This document shows, piece by piece, positions 47,331 through 56,067 of a stretch of 64,000 bases of DNA. Each line of letters opens with the position of its first letter. The first letter of the stretch is position 1. The DNA comes from Anaerolineae bacterium (GTDB lineage Bacteria > Chloroflexota > Anaerolineae > Anaerolineales > Villigracilaceae). The translations under genes and the position numbers were made by a program. A model generated the notes under the pieces. That model was given only the letters and a program-made list of their open reading frames with translations, made no database searches and had not been told where the DNA came from. The stretch is from contig JBBITE010000011.1 in assembly GCA_037440905.1 (NCBI GenBank), positions 10,037 through 74,036 of the forward strand, in the 5' to 3' direction.

Positions 47331-47944
47331 ATGTTTTGGTCTTGAATTTTCCCGGCGCCGAACGCGCCGCCCTCTTCACCGATGAACGCCTTGAAAACCT
47401 GCGCCGCCTGATGGATATGGGCTGCTTCGGCGCCTTGAATGCCGCCGGCGAGTGGAACGTGCTTGCCCGGCAGGAGAACCACACACTGACGCTCATGGAA
47501 TACTTCCAACAGGCGGATAAACTCTGCGTGGAGACGACTGACCCCGTGACCCTGCGTGAAAAACTCTCAGTGGGCGATTGGGACTACCTGCAATACACCG
47601 CCGCTTCTTACCCCGCCGAAGCCTGGTCTGCCGACGACTACCGGCGCCTCGACCGTGACCTGGGTGAAGTGCTCCAGGAACTGAGCGACGATACCCTCAT
47701 CACCATCCTCGGGCGGGATTGCTTTGTGCTGGTCTCTGCCGTCAACCCCCTCAGCGGCGAATACAGCGGCGGCTCCGCCTGCGATATTGCCCCCACCCTG
47801 GTGCAACTGGCGGGCTTTCCGCTTCCCTCCGTGACCGAAGGAAAATCGTGGGTGGAAGGCATGGAGTTGAACAACGCTGCGGGCCTCACCGCCGATGAGC
47901 AGCAAATCCTGCGCGACCGCCTGAGCGGACTGGGATACATCTAG
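47327..47944 (+). CDS. miniature, apparently inactive alkaline-phosphatase-fold protein
   Basis: Keeps NLRRLM..G..G, DIAPTL..AG..P..EGKS and the terminal RLSGLGYI, but lacks DG, nucleophile and SDHG motifs; ATG overlaps previous stop. Confidence 0.7.
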   Translation: MNVLVLNFPGAERAALFTDERLENLRRLMDMGCFGALNAAGEWNVLARQENHTLTLMEYFQQADKLCVETTDPVTLREKLSVGDWDYLQYTAASYPAEAWSADDYRRLDRDLGEVLQELSDDTLITILGRDCFVLVSAVNPLSGEYSGGSACDIAPTLVQLAGFPLPSVTEGKSWVEGMELNNAAGLTADEQQILRDRLSGLGYI

Positions 47945-47952
47945 AATAGAAA

Positions 47953-49800
47953 ATGAAACACTTCGACAAAAAGATTACAGCGGAAATTTTCCTCCAAGCC
48001 GCCTGGTTTGCCCTGTTGACCGGGCTGGTGGAAGGCATGCTGCTCTACATTTTCAGAACCTTCGAACTGCTGAAGGGACAAATCACCTACCTCGGCTCCG
48101 GCTGGCAGGTGCTGTGGATTGCGCCGCTCTTCGACCTGCTGCTCTTTCTGGTCGTGGGAGCGGGCCTGGCGCTCGCCGCGTACTTCCTCCCGCCGCCCTG
48201 GGCGAAACGGCTGGCGCTGTTTGCCTTTGCCTTCCTGATGACCTTCGCCTGGCTGGGGACGTATCTCTCCGGGCGGCTCTCGCCGGTGGCCACGCTTATC
48301 CTTTCAGCAGGGATTGGCTATCAGGTATCGCTGAGTCTCTTCGAGCGTGAGAAACGATTCGTTCCTTTTGTCCGCAAAACCGTCCGATGGCTGGGTGTCG
48401 TTGTCCTGGGACTGCTGGTGGTAATCCAAATCGGCTATTGGCTCAGCGAGCAGATTGCCGTGCGCAGCCTGCCGCCGGCCAAAGCCTCCACCCCCAACGT
48501 TTTGTGGATTGTCATAGACACCCTGCGCGCCGACCACATGTCGCTGCACGGCTACGAGCGCCAGACCGACCCCTACCTCGCCAGCCTCGCCGAACAAAGC
48601 GTCGTCTTTGATAACGCCTACGCCACCTCCTCCTGGACTCTCACCTCTCACGCTTCGCTCTTCACCGGGCGCTGGCCTTACGAACATAAAGCCGACGGCG
48701 GACGCCACCTCGACGATACCTACCCCACCATTGCCGAAGCCCTTGCAGCGCGCGGTTATCGCACCGGCGCCTTCAACGGCAACTTCGAAACCGTCACCAG
48801 CCGCTGGGGCTTTGCGCGCGGTTTCCACCACTTCGAAGATTATTACCAAACCCTGCCCCAACTGGCGGTCAGTTCCTTCTACGGCAGATTCCTGGAATAC
48901 TATGTGCTGCACAAAGTCTTTGGCATGCAATTTTCCATTGACCGCCGCTGGGCGCCCAGCGTCAACCAATCGGCGCTGGATTGGATCGCGCAGGATGCCA
49001 CCAAACCTTTCTTCGTCTTCATCAACTATTACGACGTTCACGCTCCTTACATCTCGCCCGAACGCGCGCGCTTCTCGCAATACGAAAACCCCGGCGGCCT
49101 CGTCAACACCGATTGGACAACCGCCGACATCTACAACCCCAAAACCCCCGAACAAATCCAGGGCGAAATAGATGCCTACGACGGCGGCATCTACTACACC
49201 GACCAGCAAATCAAACTCCTCATGGAAGAAATGCAGCGGCGCGGCTGGCTCGAAAACACCATTGTGGTGATCACCTCCGATCACGGGGAACTCTTCGGCG
49301 AGCATGGCTTATGGGAACATCACAACTCGCTCTACCGCCCGGTCATCTACGTGCCGCTTATCCTCTGGTATCCGCAAGCGGTGCCTCAGAACCTGCGCAT
49401 CGAGACACCCGTCTCTAACGCCGCCCTGCCCGCTACCATGCTGGACCTGCTTGGCGAACCCGCGCAAGACCTCTTCCCCGGCCCTTCCCTCGCGGAACTC
49501 TGGCGCGATCCCTCCTCTGCCGCTCGCTTTCCAGACCCGATTGCGGAGATGGCCGAATCGCCCTGGGTCAACCCCAATCATCTCTCCATCAAAGGCGATA
49601 TGGTCACCGTCCTTTCCGAAGACTGGCAGTACATCGAGCATGAGTACAACGGCGTCGAACTCTACAACCTGCGCAATGACCCCGACCAATTGAACAACCT
49701 CGCCGCCGAACAGCCCTCGGTGCTCAACCAACTCAAACAGTATTACCTCGATGCCATCGCCAAACTCGGCCTCACCTGGCCCTATGACATCGAAAAATGA
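47953..49800 (+). CDS. membrane-anchored sulfatase-fold hydrolase/transferase 1
   Basis: About 5 N-terminal TMs; IDTLRADH, SSWTLTSHASLFTG, YYDVHAPY, YDGGI..D, TSDHGE. Confidence 0.88.
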   Translation: MKHFDKKITAEIFLQAAWFALLTGLVEGMLLYIFRTFELLKGQITYLGSGWQVLWIAPLFDLLLFLVVGAGLALAAYFLPPPWAKRLALFAFAFLMTFAWLGTYLSGRLSPVATLILSAGIGYQVSLSLFEREKRFVPFVRKTVRWLGVVVLGLLVVIQIGYWLSEQIAVRSLPPAKASTPNVLWIVIDTLRADHMSLHGYERQTDPYLASLAEQSVVFDNAYATSSWTLTSHASLFTGRWPYEHKADGGRHLDDTYPTIAEALAARGYRTGAFNGNFETVTSRWGFARGFHHFEDYYQTLPQLAVSSFYGRFLEYYVLHKVFGMQFSIDRRWAPSVNQSALDWIAQDATKPFFVFINYYDVHAPYISPERARFSQYENPGGLVNTDWTTADIYNPKTPEQIQGEIDAYDGGIYYTDQQIKLLMEEMQRRGWLENTIVVITSDHGELFGEHGLWEHHNSLYRPVIYVPLILWYPQAVPQNLRIETPVSNAALPATMLDLLGEPAQDLFPGPSLAELWRDPSSAARFPDPIAEMAESPWVNPNHLSIKGDMVTVLSEDWQYIEHEYNGVELYNLRNDPDQLNNLAAEQPSVLNQLKQYYLDAIAKLGLTWPYDIEK

Positions 49801-49807
49801 GCCGCCC

Positions 49808-51646
49808 ATGACCGCAAAGCAAACCCCTCGTTTCTTTGCCGCCGGCGAGACCCTTGCGCTCTCTGCCGCCATTGGTCTCCTCACCGGTTTGGTGGAAGGA
49901 CTGCTGCTCTTTGGTCTGGCGCGCGCTGCCTGGCTTACCTGGCGCCTGCAAAACCGCGCCTACTGGTATGAAACCCTGTGGATTGCCCCGCTGGTAGACC
50001 TCGTCCTATTTACGCTGGCGGGAGCGGTCTTTGCGGTGGGGGGGCGTCTCTTGCCGCGCCTGCCGCTGCGCAGGGTTTTCTGGTTTGCCTTTGTCTTCCT
50101 TACTGTCTTCGACTGGTTCTTCATCCTGCTGTTTGGCAAAATCTCTCTCTTTGCCATCCTGCTCCTCGCCACAGGGACGGCGTATCAAGTCTTCAGTTTC
50201 ATTGCCAGGCGCGAAGCGGCGGCTGCCTCACGCTTACGGCGCTGGCTTCCCTGGCTGGCGGGCGCGGTGGCGCTGCTTTTCATCGCCATTCAGGGCGGGG
50301 GCTGGCTCACCGAAAAAATCCAAGCCGCCCGTCTGCCGGCTGCCGCTCCGGCTGCGCCCAATGTCGTGGTCATCATCGTGGATACCCTGCGCGCCGACCA
50401 TCTCTCCTCCTACGGCTACGAACGCCAGACCAGCCCCTTCATAGACAGCCTCGCCGCGCAGGGCGTCCGTTTCGAAACCGCGATTGCTCCTTCCTCCTGG
50501 ACTCAACCCTCCCACGCCTCCATGTTGACGGGACGCTACACCTACGAAACCCAGGCTGAGACCCAGCCCTTGGATGATACCTATCCCACCATCGCTGAGG
50601 TCATGCAAGCCAACGGCTACCGCACCGGCGCTTTCTCGGCGAATACGCTCTTCTTTACCCGCCGCCAGGGGCATGGACGCGGCTTTTTGCACTTTGAAGA
50701 CAACTACCAGTCGCTGCCCGATGCGTTCCTCAACTCCTCCCTCTACGGATTCCTCTTCGACTTCTACGGCTTGCGCCGGGCGCTGGGCTATGAGGGAGTC
50801 CCCACGCGCCGCCTCGCCTCCGACATCAACCGCGCCGCCCTGAATTGGATTGACGGCGGGAGCCAGCCCTTCTTCGTCTTTATGAACTACTTCGACGTGC
50901 ACGATCCCTACACCCCGCCGCAGCCGTATCGCAGCAAGTTTGCCTCCGTGCCAAATCCCGGCGGCCTGATCAACGGCTTCGTCGAACGCTATTCTCCCTC
51001 CCTCACGCCGGAACAACTGCAATCTGAAATTGACGCCTACGATGGCTCGATTGCCTACGTGGACGATCAAATCAAAGACTTGTTCGGCGAACTGGAAAAA
51101 CGCGGCTTGCTCGAAAACACCATCGTCATCATCGCTTCGGATCACGGCGAATCGCTGGGTGAACACGGACTGCTTCAACACAGCGCCTCGCTCTACCTGC
51201 CGGAAATCCATGTACCACTCATCCTCTGGGCGCCAGGACGGGTGCCCGCCGGCAGGAGCATCGAAACCCCCGTCAGCCTCACCTCTCTGCCGTCCACCAT
51301 CCTGGCGCTGATTGGAGCCACCCCGCAGCCCTTCCCGGCGCAGCCTCTCACGCTGCTCCTCAACGCCGAAACCCCGCCCGCCGATTGGCGCGACCCCATC
51401 GCGGAACTGGCAAAGATGGAAGGCGCGGCAGAGATCAACCCATCCACGCATGGCGCCATGAAATCGGTCGTCGGCGCCGAAATGCAGTATATTACGCACG
51501 AAACCTTTGGCGAGGAACTTTACAACTGGCGGCAGGATCCACAGGAAACCAACAACCTCGTCCACGACCCCGCCGCCAAAGACGCGTTGAACGGCTTTCG
51601 CCTGTACCTGAAAACCATGCTCGGTCAACTCTTTCAACTGCCATGA
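49808..51646 (+). CDS. membrane-anchored sulfatase-fold hydrolase/transferase 2 (tandem paralog)
   Basis: VDTLRADH, SSWTQPSHASMLTG, YFDVHDPY, ASDHGE. Confidence 0.88.
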   Translation: MTAKQTPRFFAAGETLALSAAIGLLTGLVEGLLLFGLARAAWLTWRLQNRAYWYETLWIAPLVDLVLFTLAGAVFAVGGRLLPRLPLRRVFWFAFVFLTVFDWFFILLFGKISLFAILLLATGTAYQVFSFIARREAAAASRLRRWLPWLAGAVALLFIAIQGGGWLTEKIQAARLPAAAPAAPNVVVIIVDTLRADHLSSYGYERQTSPFIDSLAAQGVRFETAIAPSSWTQPSHASMLTGRYTYETQAETQPLDDTYPTIAEVMQANGYRTGAFSANTLFFTRRQGHGRGFLHFEDNYQSLPDAFLNSSLYGFLFDFYGLRRALGYEGVPTRRLASDINRAALNWIDGGSQPFFVFMNYFDVHDPYTPPQPYRSKFASVPNPGGLINGFVERYSPSLTPEQLQSEIDAYDGSIAYVDDQIKDLFGELEKRGLLENTIVIIASDHGESLGEHGLLQHSASLYLPEIHVPLILWAPGRVPAGRSIETPVSLTSLPSTILALIGATPQPFPAQPLTLLLNAETPPADWRDPIAELAKMEGAAEINPSTHGAMKSVVGAEMQYITHETFGEELYNWRQDPQETNNLVHDPAAKDALNGFRLYLKTMLGQLFQLP

Positions 51647-53658
51647 AGCGAAAACTCACTCGCAGAGAGTTCCTCAAACTGGCTGGCGCCGGCGCGGCGG
51701 TTGTGGCGCCGGCGGCGTTGAGTGTCAGGTTGTATTCCGAGGCGCTGGGCGAAGTGCCGCCTGAGCGTTCGCCCTACGCCGAAATGGCCTACACTGCCCG
51801 CCTCGATGGTTCTGTCCCGCTCCTGCTCATCGTCAACAAAGACGCCGCCAATCCGTTTGGGATGTACTTTACCGAAATCCTGCGCGCGGAGGGGGTGAAC
51901 TGCTTCCACACCGCCGATCTTTCCACGCTCCAGCCTGCTTCGCTCGAACAGTACGAGGTTGCCATCCTGGCAGAGACTCCGCTGAACACGCAACAAGCGG
52001 AAATGTTCACCGCTTACGTGGCGCGCGGCGGACGCCTCGTCGGGATGAGGCCGGCTGAGGGTCTGGACTCCGTTTTCGGCGTGGAAAGAAGCGCGGGAGT
52101 CTTCCTGGAGGGGTATCTCAAAACCGAGGCGGCGCACCCGGCTGCGGCGGGCATCCAATCCTCTTCCATGCAAATTCACGGGGAATCGCACCTGTTTTCG
52201 CTGGCGGGAGCGCAGCCGGTGGCCTGGTTGTATGCCGACCGCAATACCGCCGCGGAAAATCCCGCCATCACCCTCCATGCCTTTGGCGAAGGGCTGGCGG
52301 CGGCGTATGCCTTCGACCTGGCAAAAAGCATTGCCCTTATGCGGCAGGGCAATCCGAAACTGATTGACCAGGATAACGACGGCTTGCCGGGCGTGCGCAC
52401 GGTGGATAAATTCGCCGGCTGGATTGACCTCGAGCGCATCCACATCCCGCAGGCAGATGAGCAGCAGCGGCTGTTCATCTGCCTGCTGATGTTCATGAGC
52501 CGCCGCCCGCTGCCGCGTTTGTGGTATTTCCCCGAAGATAAAAAGAGTGTGCTCATCGCCACCGGCGATTCGCACATGAACCCCGCCAACTTCATCGAAG
52601 ATGTGCTTTCGCGTGTGGAGGCGCGCGGCGGACACTTCACCGTGTATTACGCGCCGCAAATCGTCGGCGATGTGGGGCGCGCCGAACGCCTGGCGCGCTT
52701 CTGGCTGACGGATCACATCCCGCTCGTTTTGGACCTGTTGGGCAAAGAGTTCGGCTCGCCCACGCCGCTCATGGTGGAAGGCTGGCGCGCGCGCGGACAT
52801 GAGATTGCCCTGCATCCCTACGTGGATACCGAACTCGAAGGCGGCTGGCTCGAATATTGGAAGGAATTTACCGGGCGGGGGTATGCCCCCGTTTCGCACA
52901 CCGTCCGCACACACCGCGTCTTATGGAGCGGCTGGACGGAAACCGCGCGCTGGCAAGCCTCTCTCGGCATCCGCATGAACCTCGATTACTACCACGTCGG
53001 TCCCTCGCTGCAAAAGAAGAACGGCGAATGGCCCAACGGTCACCTCACCGGCAGCGGACGCCCGATGAAGTTTGTGGATGAACACGGGCGCATCCTCGAC
53101 ATCTACCAGCAACTGACACAGTTCGCCGATGAACACCTCATCCCCATGGATGTGCCCGGCTGGGGCGGCTGGCCCGGGTTGACCGCACAGCAGGCGGTCA
53201 ACGTCGCCAAAGACCTGCTCGACCGCTCCCTCAACGGCGACTACTGCGCCATCTGCGGGCAATTCCATGTGGACCCCTTCCAACTTGGCGGCGACCCGGC
53301 GGAGAAAAGCGGCATCTTCCTCGATGGCGTGCTCGATTACGCCAAAGAACGCGGCATTCCCATCCTTTCTGCGCAGGAATGGCTCGCCTTTACCGACATG
53401 AGGCACGACGCCGACCTCGTCAACGTCACCTGGGACTCAACCGCTTCTACCCTGACCTTCAACCTGCTCCCGCCCAACCAGCCTGATTCCACGCTGACGC
53501 TGCTGCTCCCCGCCCGCCACCAGGACAAGACGCTCGCCTCCGTCAGCCTGAACGATGTAACAATGCCCTCCACCTCCCGTCTCGTACTTGGCGGTGTGGA
53601 ATACGCGCTGTTCGTTGTCAGCGCGCAGGAACATTCCGTGCGGGCGTCGTACTCCTGA
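51643..53658 (+). CDS. Tat-exported protein with a class-I-GATase-like domain and a polysaccharide-deacetylase-like (NodB/CE4-type) domain
   Basis: MKRKLTRREFLK Tat signal; ATGDSH, GHEIALHPY, RTHRVLW, GQFH motifs; ATG 51643 overlaps previous TGA. Confidence 0.65.
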   Translation: MKRKLTRREFLKLAGAGAAVVAPAALSVRLYSEALGEVPPERSPYAEMAYTARLDGSVPLLLIVNKDAANPFGMYFTEILRAEGVNCFHTADLSTLQPASLEQYEVAILAETPLNTQQAEMFTAYVARGGRLVGMRPAEGLDSVFGVERSAGVFLEGYLKTEAAHPAAAGIQSSSMQIHGESHLFSLAGAQPVAWLYADRNTAAENPAITLHAFGEGLAAAYAFDLAKSIALMRQGNPKLIDQDNDGLPGVRTVDKFAGWIDLERIHIPQADEQQRLFICLLMFMSRRPLPRLWYFPEDKKSVLIATGDSHMNPANFIEDVLSRVEARGGHFTVYYAPQIVGDVGRAERLARFWLTDHIPLVLDLLGKEFGSPTPLMVEGWRARGHEIALHPYVDTELEGGWLEYWKEFTGRGYAPVSHTVRTHRVLWSGWTETARWQASLGIRMNLDYYHVGPSLQKKNGEWPNGHLTGSGRPMKFVDEHGRILDIYQQLTQFADEHLIPMDVPGWGGWPGLTAQQAVNVAKDLLDRSLNGDYCAICGQFHVDPFQLGGDPAEKSGIFLDGVLDYAKERGIPILSAQEWLAFTDMRHDADLVNVTWDSTASTLTFNLLPPNQPDSTLTLLLPARHQDKTLASVSLNDVTMPSTSRLVLGGVEYALFVVSAQEHSVRASYS

Positions 53659-53695
53659 TGGAGCGCTTCCAGCGCAAGGTCTTTTGTTGGTGTAA

Positions 53696-53738
53696 ATTGT
53701 CAAATCCGCACCCCCGCCTGGCGGATTTGACAATCCGC
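53696..53738. repeat. inverted REP doublet (GCGGATT-TGAC-AATCCGC family)
   Basis: ATTGTCAAATCCGC (53696-53709) / GCGGATTTGACAAT (53721-53734) perfect 14-bp inverted repeat. Confidence 0.75.
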
Positions 53739-53802
53739 AGGAGCCAAACCATTTGAGAGCGTCCGCCTGGTGTTGTGTTGGGTGGTATTTTGGAGTAACA
53801 CT

Positions 53803-54351
53803 ATGAAAATTAAGAATTGGCTTATTATCGTCTTCATTTCAGTTATGACTCCATCCTGCGCCATAACTTCAACACTTCCAAACACTACTGTGCCAATCTT
53901 AATTCCTACAGAAACTGCTCTACCCTCCCGTACGCCAATGCCATCACCAACCTTTACCCCAACGTCAACCCTAACTCCCACATCCACACCGATTCCTTGC
54001 GTTGCTTCGACAGAATCTGAGTACATTATTTCTGGAGGCATCCATTCGGATGATGGCATCTTTGTAGACGACATTCTTAGAGTTTTTATCAACGAAACGC
54101 TCATTACTGAAATTAGCCAAGGAGGTCGTTGTTGCCAGCCAGCAACACCTATTCACTTTATTGCTAATAGTGGAGATACGTTGCGAGTTCAAGCACAAGA
54201 TGCAAACGCTTGTTATAGCGTCGAGACACTTTGGCTTCAAAAGAGCGATGGCAGTTGTTTGACCCTACTCACCAATGAAATTTTCGGGCCAAACTGCGAT
54301 TCTGAGATTCCAAGACAAATATTCTTTGATCAGACCTTTGTCTTGCCTTAG
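53803..54351 (+). CDS. low-GC predicted lipoprotein with Thr/Pro linker and Cys-rich domain
   Basis: GGAG RBS; MKIKNWLIIVFISVMTPSC lipobox-like; TPMPSPTFTPTSTLTPTSTP; sampled lines 33-53% GC versus about 60-70% in flanks. Confidence 0.75.
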   Translation: MKIKNWLIIVFISVMTPSCAITSTLPNTTVPILIPTETALPSRTPMPSPTFTPTSTLTPTSTPIPCVASTESEYIISGGIHSDDGIFVDDILRVFINETLITEISQGGRCCQPATPIHFIANSGDTLRVQAQDANACYSVETLWLQKSDGSCLTLLTNEIFGPNCDSEIPRQIFFDQTFVLP

Positions 54352-54525
54352 GGTCAAGAAATGCTTCAGGCTAATTGCCGTCCAATACCGCCCGCAGCGG
54401 ACAGGCGGATATGCTCCCTGCCTGAAGGGAATCTACCTCTGTTTTCTACGCTCGGCGTTTTTCCTGCCGCACCCTTCACCCGCTAGTAACGTAAGCCGTT
54501 GATATTGGTATCGGAGAAAAAACAC

Positions 54526-56067
54526 ATGTCCAATCTGCCGGGGAAGTTTACGCTCAAGCCTCAACAGACCCTTTTGACAGCCCTCGGGCTGCTGCTGCTC
54601 TATTTTCTCGTCTTCCACAACCTCACGCGCTTCCCCGAACCCTGGTTCGATGAAGGCTCGCACCTGCACGTCCCCAAGACGCTGGTGCGATACGGCGTCT
54701 ATGCCGACATCAGCAGCGAGGGATTCCGCTATTACGGACCCACCATCGGCGTCGGCCCGACCGTCATGCTTCCCATCGCGGCGGCGTTCAAACTCTTCGG
54801 CGTTGGCTTATTGCAGGCGCGGCTGGTCATGGCGCTGTATCTGCTGGCTGCCATCTACGTGTTTTATCGTCTGGTCGAACACTTGGCGGGGAAATGGGTA
54901 GCCTGGATCGCCCTTGCCCTGCTGCTCTCTTCGCGCAGCGTGCTGTTTTTGGAATACGGGCGTCAGCTGCTCGGCGAGGTGCCGGGCTTCTTCTTCCTCC
55001 TGCTGGCGCTGTATCTTTGGTTCTCCCGCTGGAACGAGAACGACTGGAAGCGTCTCTCGCTCATCGGCCTGCTCTTCGGGCTGGCGATGATCACCAAGTA
55101 CCAATACCTGCTCTTCCTCGCCCCAACGCTGATCCTTGCCTGGTTGTTGGATATTTTCTATTACAAGACCTCCTCACACCGCAACTTCCTCGTGCCGGGC
55201 ATCATCGCGGCAGGAAGTTTCGGCGTCTGGCAGCTGCTCACGCTCCAGTATCTCGGTCCCTCCACGGCGATGGAGAATCTGGCGCTCCTGCGCGCCTCCG
55301 CCGAAGGGGCAGCCTTCAACTTCAACCTCGCCCAACTCAACGCCAACTTCGGCGAACTGACCGCCCGCGCCGCCTACCTCGGCGCATTGATCCTCGCCCT
55401 GCTCTATGGCTTTTTCCTCTCCCTTCCGCGCACCCGCGAAGGGCAGCAGTGGAGCGTGCTCTTCCTGCTCGCGGCGTTGAACCTGATCTGGTACGTGGTT
55501 GCCTCCATCGGCTGGATTCGCTATGCCTTTCTCGGTCTCAGCCTTTCCAGCATTTTGATTGCCCGCCTGTTTTTCGAAATCACCGAAGGCTTCAAGTTCG
55601 AGTGGAGCGCAGGCTGGTTCCGCTCTCTGTTCGAAGTTCGGAATGCCGCTAAATTTGCGGTTTCCCTCTGGTTGCTGGCGATCATTCTGATTCCCACGGC
55701 AAAGAATGTGCTGGATATTGCCGCCCCGCCCCCGCCGTATGCGATGCAAATGGCGGAATACCTCAATCAAAATGTTCCCCTCGATGCCGTCATCGAAACC
55801 TGGGACCCTGAAATGGGCTTTCTGACCGACCACAACTATCACTACCCGCCCAATGCCCTTTTGGCGGTGGCGGTGGAACAGGTCTATTACGGCGGCGAAC
55901 CAGTGCGGGAACGCTATGACTTTGTCCAAACCGAACAGCCCGATTACTTGCTGGCGGGCGAATTTTCAAAATGGACGGAGATTTATCCTCTCGAAGAACT
56001 CACCGATCAATATGAACTGATCGCCACCTTCGGGAACTACGACCTGTACCGAAAGATTGACCAATAA
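54526..56067 (+). CDS. GT-C membrane glycosyltransferase (ArnT/GT39-like)
   Basis: PWFDEGSH acidic motif in first loop, GPTVMLP, LLGEVP, TKYQ; soluble C-terminal domain. Confidence 0.82.
   Translation: MSNLPGKFTLKPQQTLLTALGLLLLYFLVFHNLTRFPEPWFDEGSHLHVPKTLVRYGVYADISSEGFRYYGPTIGVGPTVMLPIAAAFKLFGVGLLQARLVMALYLLAAIYVFYRLVEHLAGKWVAWIALALLLSSRSVLFLEYGRQLLGEVPGFFFLLLALYLWFSRWNENDWKRLSLIGLLFGLAMITKYQYLLFLAPTLILAWLLDIFYYKTSSHRNFLVPGIIAAGSFGVWQLLTLQYLGPSTAMENLALLRASAEGAAFNFNLAQLNANFGELTARAAYLGALILALLYGFFLSLPRTREGQQWSVLFLLAALNLIWYVVASIGWIRYAFLGLSLSSILIARLFFEITEGFKFEWSAGWFRSLFEVRNAAKFAVSLWLLAIILIPTAKNVLDIAAPPPPYAMQMAEYLNQNVPLDAVIETWDPEMGFLTDHNYHYPPNALLAVAVEQVYYGGEPVRERYDFVQTEQPDYLLAGEFSKWTEIYPLEELTDQYELIATFGNYDLYRKIDQ

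Noticed and set aside
53740-54500. Integron cassette/attC around the low-GC lipoprotein
   Set aside because: A GTTGGGT (GTTRRRY) precedes the gene, but no matching RYYYAAC core or attC fold follows it; no integrase.
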